Assembly (NCBI GenBank): GCA_030754885.1
Contig: JASLZL010000021.1
Coordinates: 3,003-67,002 of the forward strand
DNA from: Rhodospirillales bacterium
GTDB lineage: Bacteria > Pseudomonadota > Alphaproteobacteria > Rhodospirillales > JASLLZ01
Length of the DNA: 64,000 bases
Direction of reading: 5' to 3'
Part shown: one piece after another, positions 53,815-64,000 of the stretch
Numbering within the stretch: position 1 is the stretch's first letter
How the letters are laid out: the number at the start of each line of letters is the position of its first letter
Notes under the pieces: generated by a model
Told to the model about the DNA's origin: nothing
Databases searched by the model: none
What the model saw: the letters and a program-made list of their open reading frames with translations, nothing else
Position numbers and translations under genes: made by a program

Positions 53815-54972
53815 ATGGTTTTGAAGACAGCCAATCGCGGGCGGGTGCCGCCCTTCATCGTCATGGACGTGATGCGCGCCGCCAATGAACGCGAGGCCGA
53901 GGGCGAACGGGTGCTGCATCTAGAGGTCGGGCAGCCCAGCACCGGCGCCCCCGCCCTTGTCGTCGAGAGAGCCAAGGCGGCCCTGGAGTGCGAACGGCTT
54001 GGATATACCGATGCATTGGGCATCCCCGCATTGCGCCAGGGCATCGCCGGCCACTACCGGACCGCCTATGACATAGAGGTCGATTTCCGCCGCGTCGTTG
54101 TTACCACGGGATCGTCGGGTGCATTCATTCTGGCCTTTTTGGCCGCTTTCGACGTCGGCGACCGGGTCGCCCTGGCCAGCCCCGGATATCCCGCCTATCG
54201 CAATATTCTAAAGGCCCAGGGAGTCGAAGTGGTCGATTTGGCCGTCGGGCCGGAAACTAATTTTCAGCCGACGCCAGAAATTCTGGACTCCGTCGCAGGC
54301 GGACTGGACGGTTTGATCGTCGCCAGCCCGTCCAACCCGACGGGGACCATGATGGGCAGGGACGATCTGAAGTCCTTGGTCGCCTATTGCGCCGATCAGG
54401 GCATCCGCGTCGTATCGGACGAGATTTACCACGGCATCACCTATGGCGAGGCGGCCTCTTCGGCTCTGTCGTTCACCAACGACGCCTTGGTGATCAACAG
54501 CTTCTCAAAGTATTTCTCAATGACCGGTTGGCGTCTGGGCTGGATGGTCGTACCCGAGGATTTGCTGCGGCCCATTGAATGTCTGGCCCAAAATCTCTTC
54601 ATCTCAGCGCCGAGCTTGTCCCAGTACGCGGCGGTTGCCGCCTTTGACTGCACCGACGAATTGGACGGCCACGTTGTGCGCTATGGCCGCAACCGGGCAC
54701 TCTTGCTGGACGAGTTGCCGAAGGCGGGCTTTCACAAGCTGGCCTCGGCTGACGGCGCGTTCTACATCTATGCCGACGTCGGCCAAATGACCAACAACAG
54801 CCAGGAGTTCTGTCAGCGGATGCTGGCCGAGACCGGCGTCGCGGTCACCCCCGGCGTCGATTTTGATCCTTCTCGCGGCAACCGGTATGTGCGATTTTCC
54901 TTCGCCGGTTCCTCCGAGGACATGGCGGCTGCGGCTCGCCTGCTACGGGACTGGCGGCACGTCAATCCGTGA
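53815..54972 (+). CDS. PLP-dependent aminotransferase class I/II
   Basis: EVGQP, SPSNPTG, SDEIYHG, NSFSKYFSMTGWRLG. Confidence 0.92.
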   Translation: MVLKTANRGRVPPFIVMDVMRAANEREAEGERVLHLEVGQPSTGAPALVVERAKAALECERLGYTDALGIPALRQGIAGHYRTAYDIEVDFRRVVVTTGSSGAFILAFLAAFDVGDRVALASPGYPAYRNILKAQGVEVVDLAVGPETNFQPTPEILDSVAGGLDGLIVASPSNPTGTMMGRDDLKSLVAYCADQGIRVVSDEIYHGITYGEAASSALSFTNDALVINSFSKYFSMTGWRLGWMVVPEDLLRPIECLAQNLFISAPSLSQYAAVAAFDCTDELDGHVVRYGRNRALLLDELPKAGFHKLASADGAFYIYADVGQMTNNSQEFCQRMLAETGVAVTPGVDFDPSRGNRYVRFSFAGSSEDMAAAARLLRDWRHVNP

Positions 54973-57421
54973 GGCGTTTCCACCATCCGGTACGCCCCGC
55001 ACCGGCGGCCCTATTTCCACTTACTACTGACCCGACTTCGGTTACGCTCGGATTGTCGGTTCCCGGCGATTCTCCGGCGCTCTTGCTCGACGCCGCCACA
55101 GTGATTGCCGGTACCGGTTCGGGGCGCTGGATTTCGGTTTGAGTGCGGTCCGTCGGCGGAGTCGCATCACCGGTCGACGGCTTCTCCGTCTTCTCCTCCA
55201 CCGGTAATTTCTCCTCAACGCCGGCCTTGGAAGCAGCCCGTCCCACCTTCTTCGGCCCATCTTTGTTGGTCGATGGGCGGGCGGCGCGCCGGCGCCGGCG
55301 CGGTTTCTTGGCCTTAGGTTCGGCTTTGCCCTCGGATGGGGCTTCCGGGGCGGGCTCCACGGCGGTTGGCGCCGGGTCGATGGTCGCCGGTTCCGGTGCG
55401 GCCCGGGTAACGGCACTCTCAGATGCCGTTTCGTTGGTCGCCTCACCGGCCTCACGGGTTTCGCCCTGGTTCGCAACGGTTTTTTGCCGCCTGCGCCCAC
55501 CGCGCCTGCCGCGGCGACGGCGCTTGGCGCGCCCTTCCTCGCCGCCGGCCTTGGCCTCCGTCGCCGGGGTCTCCTCAGCCGTGGTCTCGGGCTCGGTCGA
55601 AGCGCCGGTACTGGCGGCCTCAGTGGCGGTCTCGGTGGCCGCCTCGGTGACCGCCTCGCCGCCGTCCTCGCTGCGGCCACGTCGCCGGGGCTTGCGCCGC
55701 CGCCGCCGTTTGCCGTCTTGATCGCCGCTTGCCTGTTCGTCGGTGGTTTTGTCCGCCTCGCCTTGGCCGGAGGACGGTCCTTTTTCGCGCTCGATCCGAT
55801 GTTGGGGCGGGATCAGCGAGTCGTCGCCGGCGAAGGTCACCGTCAGCTCGTAACGACTTTCCAGTTCCGCTACGGCCGGGCGTTTGGCGTTGAGAATATA
55901 AAGCGCCACCGTTACCGATACGTGGATGATCAGCGAAGACTTAGGCCGGCGCAGGCCCTCTTCCTCGATGGCGCGCAGTACGTGGAGAGCGGTCGATTCG
56001 GTTGAGCGCCGGAAGCCCGAACCGCCACAGTGCGGGCACGGGCCAAAGCTGGTTTCAAAAAGACTTGGGCGGAGCCGCTGGCGCGACAATTCCATCAGAC
56101 CGAAGGGGCTGATCCGTCCCAATTGTATACGCGCCCGGTCTTGGCGCATGGCCTCTTTGAGGCGGCGCTCCACCTGGATCTGATTGCGCGTGTTCTCCAT
56201 GTCGATGAAATCGATGACGATGAGGCCGGCCAGATCGCGCAGGCGCAACTGGCGGGCGACCTCGTCCGCCGCTTCGATGTTGGTTTTGAGCGCCGTCGAC
56301 TCGATATTTCGTTCACGTGTCGAGCGCCCCGAGTTGACGTCAATGGAGACCAGGGCCTCGGTGGGGTTAATGATGATGTAGCCACCCGACTTCAATTGCA
56401 CATCCGATCCGTGCATGGCATCAAGCTGGTCTTCCACCTTGTAATGGCGGAACAAAGGGGAATTGCCGGCAGGCCACGGCTTGATCCGTTTGACGTGGCT
56501 CGGCATCAAAAGCTTCATGAACGCCTTGGCCGTTTGGCAGGCTTCCTCGCCGTCTATGACGATCTCGTCGATGTCGCGGCTATAAACGTCGCGGATTGTG
56601 CGTTTGATCAGGTTGGCTTCTTCGTAAACCATGGTCGGCGCCGAGGACTTGAGCGTCAGATCGCGCACACTGCTCCATAGCCTGAGAAGGTAATCGTAAT
56701 CGCGCTTGATTTCGGCCTTGTTGCGTTCCTCGCCGGCGGTTCTGACGATGACGCCCATGCCGTCGGGAATATCGAGGTCGCCGAGAATGCTTTTCAGGCG
56801 CCGACGGGTGGCGCCGTTGTTGATTTTGCGCGAGATGCCGCCTCCACGCGCCGTATTCGGCATCAACACGCTATAGCGCCCGGCGAGCGACAAATAGGTG
56901 GTCAGTGCCGCTCCCTTGTTGCCGCGCTCTTCCTTGGCCACTTGGACAAGCAGGATCTGGCGCGCCTTGATAACCTCTTGGATGCGGTAGCGACGTGGCG
57001 AGGCCTTGCGTCGGCGGACGTCGACCTCCTCGGTGTCGTCGCCACCCACCACTTCGACATCGCTGGGTGAACCTTCGCCTTCGCCTTCGCCGTCGTCGGC
57101 GCCGGTTTCGGCGTCGTCATCGACCTTTTCGGCGGCGTCATGCTCGGCCAGCACAACCTCGCGGTCGGCGACCGGGATCTGATAATAGTCCGGGTGAATT
57201 TCGCTAAAGGACAGAAAACCGTGGCGATTGCCGCCATATTCGATGAACGCTGCCTGTAGGGACGGCTCTACCCTCGTGACTTTCGCGAGATAGATGTTCC
57301 CTTTGAGCTGCTTGCGCGATGCGACCTCGAGGTCATATTCCTTCAAACGGTCTTCGTGCAGAACCACCACCCGGGTTTCCTCCCGGTGGGTGGCATCGAT
57401 CAACATGCGTTGAGTAGCCAT
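54962..57421 (-). CDS. rne: Ribonuclease E
   Basis: GNIYLAKV..VEPSLQAAF, IDVNSG, IDFIDM, CPHCGG; Arg-rich disordered C-terminus ending GWW. Confidence 0.97.
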   Translation of the reverse strand: MATQRMLIDATHREETRVVVLHEDRLKEYDLEVASRKQLKGNIYLAKVTRVEPSLQAAFIEYGGNRHGFLSFSEIHPDYYQIPVADREVVLAEHDAAEKVDDDAETGADDGEGEGEGSPSDVEVVGGDDTEEVDVRRRKASPRRYRIQEVIKARQILLVQVAKEERGNKGAALTTYLSLAGRYSVLMPNTARGGGISRKINNGATRRRLKSILGDLDIPDGMGVIVRTAGEERNKAEIKRDYDYLLRLWSSVRDLTLKSSAPTMVYEEANLIKRTIRDVYSRDIDEIVIDGEEACQTAKAFMKLLMPSHVKRIKPWPAGNSPLFRHYKVEDQLDAMHGSDVQLKSGGYIIINPTEALVSIDVNSGRSTRERNIESTALKTNIEAADEVARQLRLRDLAGLIVIDFIDMENTRNQIQVERRLKEAMRQDRARIQLGRISPFGLMELSRQRLRPSLFETSFGPCPHCGGSGFRRSTESTALHVLRAIEEEGLRRPKSSLIIHVSVTVALYILNAKRPAVAELESRYELTVTFAGDDSLIPPQHRIEREKGPSSGQGEADKTTDEQASGDQDGKRRRRRKPRRRGRSEDGGEAVTEAATETATEAASTGASTEPETTAEETPATEAKAGGEEGRAKRRRRGRRGGRRRQKTVANQGETREAGEATNETASESAVTRAAPEPATIDPAPTAVEPAPEAPSEGKAEPKAKKPRRRRRAARPSTNKDGPKKVGRAASKAGVEEKLPVEEKTEKPSTGDATPPTDRTQTEIQRPEPVPAITVAASSKSAGESPGTDNPSVTEVGSVVSGNRAAGAGRTGWWKRLTD

Positions 57422-57908
57422 GAGATAGTTGTCTCCAAGAACCCTGTCGCGCCTGCCGCGGAGACCGCGGCGGACGGCAGGGCACTATGTGTAGATGGCC
57501 GGCGGCGCATGCGAACGCGGGTGTCCCTTCCCGAATAGGAAAGATCCCCTGAAGTGTCGTTCGCGCTGCTCTAACCGGCATGAATAAACCCCAAAACTTG
57601 TGAGGCGATGAATATGCGACCGTGCCGCCTCTGGCGGAGATCACAAACCTGCTCGAAGAGCAGGATTACCAACCGCACCACTACCGGCGGAAAAACACAC
57701 CTGAAGTATGCGGTTGCGGTAAAACGCTCCATTAACATAGCGTTCGGACGGCTGATCCACAATGCCCTTGTTCAAATTCACATGTGGCGTGAAGGGCCGA
57801 TGAGGGTGGCGATCACGATTGGAGTCGGTTGGATTGAGATTGCGAATAAGCCCGCAAACGCGGTATATCTAGGGGGAGGCGGAAGCGATACATACGCTAT
57901 ATAGGGAT

Positions 57909-59258
57909 ATGGGACGAACTGCTCCTAGCTTGCGTAGGGTCCTGGGATCGCTGATGACGGTGTCGGTTTTGGTGCTGTCGTGGGCTCTCTTTGGTGTGCC
58001 CCGCCCGGCTTCAGCCGAGGCCATCGTCGTCACTGACATCCGCGTTGGCCAACACGGAGATGTGACCCGGTTCGTTCTCGATTTCACTCAAAAGATTGAG
58101 TTTACCCTCTTTACCCTGGCTGAACCCGACCGGCTGGTCATTGATCTGCCCGAGGTCGGCTGGCGGTTGCCGCCGCGTCCCCTGCCCCGGCGGACAGGCG
58201 TGCTTGACGCCTTGCGTTATGGCCTGTTCAAGCCCGGCCTGTCGCGCGTGGTGGTGGACCTGACACGGCCGGTAGCGGCGCAACGGGCCTATCTCATGGA
58301 CCCGGAGGGCGAGCGCGGCTACCGCTTGATCCTCGATCTGGTGCCGGCTTCTCGCGAGGCCTTTCTTGCGGTTGGCAAGAACCCACTGGCGCCAAAGGCG
58401 CCCGGGCAAGAAGCGCCAAAGGCGCCCGGGCAAGAAAGGCCAAAGGCGCCCGGGATAGCCGCTCCTCCGGCATCGCCAACCGGAGCCCCGCGACGCGACG
58501 TCGTTGCGACGGTCGGTCGTCTGTCCTTCCCAACGCCACCCCGCAAACCTGAAATGGGTACCGTGAAACGGGTTATCGCCATCGATCCGGGCCACGGCGG
58601 CGTTGACCCGGGCACCGTCGGTGGATCGGGTATATACGAGAAGCAAATTACACTTTCCATGGCTCGTGAAATCCGTGACCGGCTACAGGCGACGGGGCGC
58701 TACAAGGTCGTATTGACCCGTGAGCGTGATGTATTCGTGCGACTGCGCGACCGCATCGCCGCCTCGCGCGAGGCGGGCGCCGAGCTTTTCATCTCAATCC
58801 ACGCCGACGCCATTAAGAACAGCAAGATTCGCGGACTTTCGGTCTATACCCTTTCTGAGAAGGCGTCCGACAAGGAGGCCGCGGCCCTGGCGGAAAAGGA
58901 AAACAAGGCCGACCTTATCGCCGGTATTGATCTGACCAAGGAAACGCCGGAGGTTACCAATATCCTCATCGACCTGGCGCAGCGCGAATCGATGAACCAG
59001 TCGGCCCGCTTCGCGGCGCACCTGGTCAAGGAACTGGCGCGCGAGACCAAGCTGTTGCGCAATACACACCGTTTCGCCGGCTTCGTCGTCCTCAAGGCTC
59101 CCGATGTTCCCTCGGTGCTGATGGAGCTCGGATTCCTTTCCAATCGCCAAGACGAGGCGGCCCTCAAGCGCAAAAGCTATCGGGCCAAACTGATCGCCGC
59201 CATGGCGCGCGCCTCCGACGCCTATTTCTCGCGCATCGAAGAAGCGGTCCGACCTTAG
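57909..59258 (+). CDS. amiC: N-acetylmuramoyl-L-alanine amidase (AMIN + amidase_3)
   Basis: TRFVLD/PDRLVID AMIN domain, IDPGHGG, SIHAD, PSVLMELGF; divergent from rne. Confidence 0.92.
   Translation: MGRTAPSLRRVLGSLMTVSVLVLSWALFGVPRPASAEAIVVTDIRVGQHGDVTRFVLDFTQKIEFTLFTLAEPDRLVIDLPEVGWRLPPRPLPRRTGVLDALRYGLFKPGLSRVVVDLTRPVAAQRAYLMDPEGERGYRLILDLVPASREAFLAVGKNPLAPKAPGQEAPKAPGQERPKAPGIAAPPASPTGAPRRDVVATVGRLSFPTPPRKPEMGTVKRVIAIDPGHGGVDPGTVGGSGIYEKQITLSMAREIRDRLQATGRYKVVLTRERDVFVRLRDRIAASREAGAELFISIHADAIKNSKIRGLSVYTLSEKASDKEAAALAEKENKADLIAGIDLTKETPEVTNILIDLAQRESMNQSARFAAHLVKELARETKLLRNTHRFAGFVVLKAPDVPSVLMELGFLSNRQDEAALKRKSYRAKLIAAMARASDAYFSRIEEAVRP
58389..58454 (+). repeat. In-frame 24-bp tandem repeat (~2.75 copies) in the amiC linker
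   Basis: GCGCCAAAGGCGCCCGGGCAAGAA x2 plus a partial third copy; encodes APKAPGQE APKAPGQE RPKAPG. Confidence 0.9.
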
Positions 59259-59347
59259 AAAAGAAGGCAAGGGGCGCCCGCTGTCGCCCGCAGGCGGCGA
59301 AAAAGTGTCGGACGGAATTCCCCGGGGCTAAAGGGAGAGAGAGTTCC

Positions 59348-59375
59348 TTTACACCCGGTATCAGATGTGCATAAT
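59348..59375 (+). promoter_or_regulatory. Possible sigma70 promoter of the ABC/oxidoreductase operon
   Basis: TTTACA-N16-CATAAT upstream of the permease. Confidence 0.4.
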
Positions 59376-59447
59376 CCCGCTGGAAAATTGAGGGAAAATA
59401 ATACCCCTGGTTCCCACCCAACTTGGATCACTTGAGGAGCGTAAATC

Positions 59448-60128
59448 ATGGGCTACGTATGGGACTTTGATGTCGTCCTAGCGTTCACTGATTTCTGGTT
59501 GAAGGGTGCCAGTATCACACTCGCTTACGCGTTCGGGACTATCGTTGGCGGTCTCATCCTTGGCGTTTTTTGCGGTATGGCGCTTCTTTTCCAATCCAGG
59601 AAATACCCCTGGTTAGGGCCCATCGTCTCGGCTCCGGTATACGGCTACGTACAAGTCTTCCGTTGTACGCCGCTACTGGTCCAGATCGTATGGTTTTATT
59701 ATGCCCTACCGGTCCTCTGGGGGGCCGCAATGCCCGCCTGGATGGCTTCGGGATTGGGGTTGATGCTCTACATGGGAGCTTTCTCGTCGGAAATTTTCCG
59801 TGCCGGTATCATGTCCATCGACAAGGGGCAGTGGCAGGCGGCGCGGGCCTTGGGCATGACCTACCAGCAGATGATGTCTCGTATCATTCTGCCCCAGGCG
59901 ACGCGGCGCATGGTGCCGCCGTTCGTCAACCAGTCGATTCTGCAGCTCAAGAATACGTCGCTGCTGTACGTGGTGGCGGTGCCTGATCTGATGTACACGG
60001 GCGCGATCATTGTCGCCGAGACGTTCCGGCCTCTCGAAGTTTATACCAGTGTTGCGATCATGTACTTCTGCATGCTTTTCCCGCTGCAAAGGTTTGCGGC
60101 ACGAATGGAGGCGCGTCGTGACATCTAA
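59448..60128 (+). CDS. Polar amino acid ABC transporter permease
   Basis: [16 protein letters not shown]...[21 protein letters not shown]. Confidence 0.92.
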   Translation: MGYVWDFDVVLAFTDFWLKGASITLAYAFGTIVGGLILGVFCGMALLFQSRKYPWLGPIVSAPVYGYVQVFRCTPLLVQIVWFYYALPVLWGAAMPAWMASGLGLMLYMGAFSSEIFRAGIMSIDKGQWQAARALGMTYQQMMSRIILPQATRRMVPPFVNQSILQLKNTSLLYVVAVPDLMYTGAIIVAETFRPLEVYTSVAIMYFCMLFPLQRFAARMEARRDI

Positions 60129-60147
60129 TGGAAACGGAAAGGAAGTG

Positions 60148-60942
60148 ATGATCCGGATCAAGGATCTTCACAAATACTTTGGTAACGTGCAGGCGGTGCG
60201 CGGCGTATCGATCGATGTGAACGTAGGCGAGGTCCTTTTCATCATCGGGCCCAGCGGCTGCGGCAAGTCGACGACGCTACGCTGCATAAACCTCTTGGAG
60301 CATCCGACCAAGGGCACCATCCAGGTGGGTGAGGATTCGCACTCCTTCGGTGCCGGAATGAGCATGCCGCCGGGCGGCGTCCTGGCGCGCTATCGCACCC
60401 ACATCGGAATGGTGTTCCAGCAGTTCGACCTCTTCCCCCACATGACGGCGATCGAGAATGTCATGGAGGGGCCGGTCACCGTCCTCAAAAAACCGAACAA
60501 GGAGGCCGAGAAAATAGCCGTCGATCTCCTTGCCAAGGTCGGGCTGTCGGACAAGGAAGATGTCTTCCCGGCGCAGCTTTCCGGTGGCCAGGCCCAGCGT
60601 GTCGCCATTGCCCGGGCTTTAGCCATGCAGCCCAGGGTGATGCTGTTCGACGAGGTTACCTCGGCGCTTGACCCCGAATTGGTGAGCGAAGTGCTCCACG
60701 TCATGCGCAATCTTGCCGAGGAGGGGACGACCATGGTCGTCGTCACCCACGAGATGCAGTTCGCCCGCGATACGGCCGACCACATCGTGATGATGGATCA
60801 AGGCCAGTTTATCGAGCAGGGGGCGGCGGACCAGATTCTCGACAATCCGCAGAACGAAAGGACCAAGTCGTTCCTCGCCCGCTTCCACGGCGCCGCCGAC
60901 ATTCGGGGCTCGGCGGGTGTCGTCCTTGAGAAGGAAGACTAG
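60148..60942 (+). CDS. Polar amino acid ABC transporter ATPase
   Basis: [40 protein letters not shown]. Confidence 0.93.
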   Translation: MIRIKDLHKYFGNVQAVRGVSIDVNVGEVLFIIGPSGCGKSTTLRCINLLEHPTKGTIQVGEDSHSFGAGMSMPPGGVLARYRTHIGMVFQQFDLFPHMTAIENVMEGPVTVLKKPNKEAEKIAVDLLAKVGLSDKEDVFPAQLSGGQAQRVAIARALAMQPRVMLFDEVTSALDPELVSEVLHVMRNLAEEGTTMVVVTHEMQFARDTADHIVMMDQGQFIEQGAADQILDNPQNERTKSFLARFHGAADIRGSAGVVLEKED

Positions 60943-60981
60943 TCCTTCGGAGGGAACTCTCGCGCCGACGGATTGGGGGGA

Positions 60982-62091
60982 ATGCCCGAAAAGGCCGATG
61001 TCGCGGTTATCGGTGCCGGCGTTGCCGGGCTGACCACGGCCCTGCGTTTAGCAGAGGGCGGGTGTTCCGTTCTCGTCATCGATCAAGGGGACCCGTTTCG
61101 CGGCGGTTCCGGCGTTAATGCCGGGACCTTGGCGTTACAAAACAAAAATGCCGAGCTAATCCTCTTTTACCAGCGGGCGATCGCTGAATGGCGGCGCCTT
61201 GATCAAGCTCTGGACAGGGACATCGGCTATGTCTGTCGCGGTGGCCTGCGTGTCGCCGAATCGAAGGACGAGGCCGAGACACTGCGCCGCGAAGTTGTCC
61301 GTCAAAAGGAACTTGGTATCGAGACGGAATGGCTGGAAGGCAATCGCCTGCGCCACCATGCGCCTTGGCTGGGCTCCTCGATCAGTTGTGCCACTTATTG
61401 CGTCGACGATGGATTTGCCAGTCCTTTGCTGGCGGGCCGGGCCTTAGTAAAGGCGGCGCTCGGCGCGGGAGTCGGTGTCGCGACGAATCGAGAATTCCTC
61501 GGAAAATCGACAACCCCCAACGGATACCGTCTCGACACATCGGCGGGGCCCGTCGAATGCGGCGATGTGGTCATCGCCGCCGGCGCCTGGTCGGGACGAG
61601 TGGCTGAGCACTTTGGCGTCACGCTCCCCGTCGAATGCCACGTCAACATGCTGAGTGTCACCCGGCGTATCGCACAGTTCATGGACAATCAGGTGGTCAC
61701 CCACATCGGCGGCAGGCTGACCCTCAAACAATACCCCAATGGCTCATGCCTGTTAGGCGGTGGTTGGCGCGGCGAGGGAGGCATCGAGACCGGCCGCAAG
61801 GACCTGAATTGCGAACGATTGCAGCAAAATTTGCGCTTGCACGCCGATGTGGTGCCTCCTCTCAAGGATGCCACCATTCTCAGAACTTGGGCCGGTTTCG
61901 AGGCGGAAACCCCGGACCATTGGCCGATCGCTGGTGGATTTGACGGCCATCCTAGATTGTTTGTTGCCGTCCCGGCCAAAGCCGGTTTCACTGCCGGCCC
62001 GATTGTCGGGCGACTGACGGCGGAGAAGCTCCTTACGGGTGAAATGCCACCCTTTGCGCGGCCGATGGACCCGGAGCGATTTCTGCACTGA
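60982..62091 (+). CDS. FAD-dependent oxidoreductase (DAO/glycine oxidase-like)
   Basis: IGAGVAG, GSGVNAG, AAGAWS, WAGF...TPD..P, GFTAGP. Confidence 0.88.
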   Translation: MPEKADVAVIGAGVAGLTTALRLAEGGCSVLVIDQGDPFRGGSGVNAGTLALQNKNAELILFYQRAIAEWRRLDQALDRDIGYVCRGGLRVAESKDEAETLRREVVRQKELGIETEWLEGNRLRHHAPWLGSSISCATYCVDDGFASPLLAGRALVKAALGAGVGVATNREFLGKSTTPNGYRLDTSAGPVECGDVVIAAGAWSGRVAEHFGVTLPVECHVNMLSVTRRIAQFMDNQVVTHIGGRLTLKQYPNGSCLLGGGWRGEGGIETGRKDLNCERLQQNLRLHADVVPPLKDATILRTWAGFEAETPDHWPIAGGFDGHPRLFVAVPAKAGFTAGPIVGRLTAEKLLTGEMPPFARPMDPERFLH

Positions 62092-62121
62092 CGGATCGGA
62101 GCCATACAAGGAGGATTAAGC

Positions 62122-63141
62122 ATGGACTACCGCAGGCTTGGACGAAGCGGCCTCATGGTGTCGCCGATCTGTCTTGGCACCGCCAAATTCGGCGACCGGG
62201 TGAATGAGGCCACCGCCGGGCGCCTTATCGCCATGGCCCGCGAGGCGGGCGTCAACTTCATCGATACCGCCGACAAGTATGTCCTCGGGCGTTCCGAGAC
62301 CATGGTCGGCAAGCTGATCCGGCGCGACCGCGACCGCTGGGTGCTGGCCACAAAGGTCGGTTTGCCATGGGATGAGAGGCCTAACCGCTCCGGTCTCGGC
62401 CGTAAATGGATCATGGAACAGTTGGAGGCCAGCCTGCGGCGACTGGGGACCGATTACGTCGATCTCTATTATCTGCACCGTAACGATCCCGACACCCCCC
62501 TGGAAGAGACGGTCATGGCCATGGGCGACATCGTCGGACAAGGCAAGGCCCGCTACATTGGTCTAAGCAACCTGCCGGGGTGGCGCATTTCCCAGTACGT
62601 CGCGCTGTCGGAAAAATTTGGATTGCCGCGACCGATCGCCTGCCAGCCCTATTACAACGCACTGAACCGCATGGCCGAGACTGAGGTCATGCCGGCTTGC
62701 GGCCACTTTGGCCTCGGTGTGGTGCCCTTCAGCCCTTTGTCGGCCGGCATTCTTACCGGCAAATACAGGCCCGACACGCCGCCGCCGCCATCCAGCCGGG
62801 CGGGTGCCGGTGACGCTCGAATGCTGCAGGTGGACTATCGTGACGAATCTCTGCGCCTGACCCAGGTCATCAAGGCCCACGCCGAGGCACGGGGCATGAC
62901 GGTGGTGGACTTCGCCCTCAACTGGGTGCTTAACAGCCGCGACGTGACGTCGGTGATTGCCGGACCCAGGACGGCGGCCCAATGGCGCAGTTACATGGGC
63001 GCCTTGAAACACCCGTTCAGCGCCGAAGACGAGGCCCTGGTCGACGGCCTGGTGCCGTCGGGCCACCCCTCGACACCCGGTTACAACGATCCTCAATTTC
63101 CTCCCACGGGCCGACGGCCCAGGACAGGATTGCCTGGATAA
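62122..63141 (+). CDS. Aldo/keto reductase
   Basis: LGRSGL.VS.ICLGT, DTADKY, ATK, SLRRLGTDYVDLYYLH, FSPL. Confidence 0.93.
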   Translation: MDYRRLGRSGLMVSPICLGTAKFGDRVNEATAGRLIAMAREAGVNFIDTADKYVLGRSETMVGKLIRRDRDRWVLATKVGLPWDERPNRSGLGRKWIMEQLEASLRRLGTDYVDLYYLHRNDPDTPLEETVMAMGDIVGQGKARYIGLSNLPGWRISQYVALSEKFGLPRPIACQPYYNALNRMAETEVMPACGHFGLGVVPFSPLSAGILTGKYRPDTPPPPSSRAGAGDARMLQVDYRDESLRLTQVIKAHAEARGMTVVDFALNWVLNSRDVTSVIAGPRTAAQWRSYMGALKHPFSAEDEALVDGLVPSGHPSTPGYNDPQFPPTGRRPRTGLPG

Positions 63142-63186
63142 GAAGAGGACGGTCATAGCGTCGCATGGCACCAAGGGTTTAGTGTG

Positions 63187-64000
63187 ATGCTCTATGCCTT
63201 CGAGGGAATTTCCAGACCCATCGTCCTGCCCCGGGGCCGGGTGGTGGAGGTTCTTTCCGCCGTTCTACACGACTGGGGCTTCACGCCCCTCGACGGGGTT
63301 GGGTCCGGTGACCCTCTCATCCGGTTGACCGAGTCCAAAGGCCGCTACCGCCTCGAATCGCCCTGGCAGGAAGGTCCACCACGCGATCGCAATGCCGTCA
63401 ACGCGGTTTGTGCCTTCCTCGTCGATCTGGTGCACGCCTTCGTCGCTGATAACCCGTCTCTTTTATGCCTCCATTGTGCGGCGGCGGATATCGGTGGTCG
63501 TTTGGTGATCATTCCCGCCACCTATAGGTCTGGCAAGAGCACATTGATGGCGTCGCTCGCCGCCGCCGGAACCCGCGTCCACGCCGACGATGTGCTGCCC
63601 ATCAAATCTCCCAGTGACCGTGCAGTGGCGCCGGGCATCGCGCTCCGGCTGCGCCTTCCTCTGGGTCTGGAGGCGAGCCCGGCGTTGCGCCGCTTCGTCG
63701 CCGCCCACCGGGGTCCGGCCAGTCGTAGTTTTCAATACCTCAATCTGGACCCCAGCCTCCTGGCTAGACATGGGGACGAGGCCCCCATCGGCGCCTTCGT
63801 CACTCTAAAACGGCGGGCGGACGCCCACACCGTTCTGGTCCCGCTCTCCAAAAGCGAGATGTTGGGCAAGGTAATCTTTCGTAATTTCGCCCACGACGTG
63901 TCAGCGTCCGAAATCCTGAACCGCCTGTATGCCCTGGTTGCCCAAGCGCCTTGTTTCAAATTGATATATTCCGATGCTGATCGGGCCCGGGACCTTTTGC
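63187..64000 (+). CDS. HPr-kinase-related P-loop protein (partial, runs off the window; not in the ORF track)
   Basis: Open frame MLYAFEG...LCLHCAAA.....VIIPATYRSGKSTL......RVHADDVLPI, the HprK-like H..P-loop..DD arrangement. Confidence 0.7.
   Translation, partial: MLYAFEGISRPIVLPRGRVVEVLSAVLHDWGFTPLDGVGSGDPLIRLTESKGRYRLESPWQEGPPRDRNAVNAVCAFLVDLVHAFVADNPSLLCLHCAAADIGGRLVIIPATYRSGKSTLMASLAAAGTRVHADDVLPIKSPSDRAVAPGIALRLRLPLGLEASPALRRFVAAHRGPASRSFQYLNLDPSLLARHGDEAPIGAFVTLKRRADAHTVLVPLSKSEMLGKVIFRNFAHDVSASEILNRLYALVAQAPCFKLIYSDADRARDLL

Noticed and set aside
55400-55720. Arg-rich and Ala/Thr/Glu low-complexity repeats
   Set aside because: Normal features of the disordered RNase E C-terminal scaffold.

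Overview
GC-rich alphaproteobacterial (Rhodospirillales-like) chromosome segment. Most of it is housekeeping or metabolic: gor, gabD, glmS-glmU, hisG, prmA, uvrD, a GT2-DedA-ArnT envelope cluster, CIRCE/RpoH-controlled groESL, a DinG helicase, the sahR-metF-metH operon, mlaA-mlaC, ettA, bepA, rne and amiC. The main accessory element is a ~2.6 kb AT-richer islet at tRNA-Val(CAC). It carries a tyrosine integrase, a UPF0149-like protein and a two-gene unit: a 54-aa protein resembling only the N-terminal oligomerisation domain of MucR/Ros (absent from the ORF track), coupled by an ATGA overlap to a BglII/BstYI-like endonuclease with no methyltransferase. The islet has no visible attR, and its right edge truncates one of two DUF1800-DUF1501 operons. 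Other observations are candidate non-canonical start codons (glmU CTG; a Tat/M23 lipoprotein ATT), a 160-bp palindromic element after groEL and an HPr-kinase-like gene at the right edge. All family calls are by-eye motif recognition; no database search was run.
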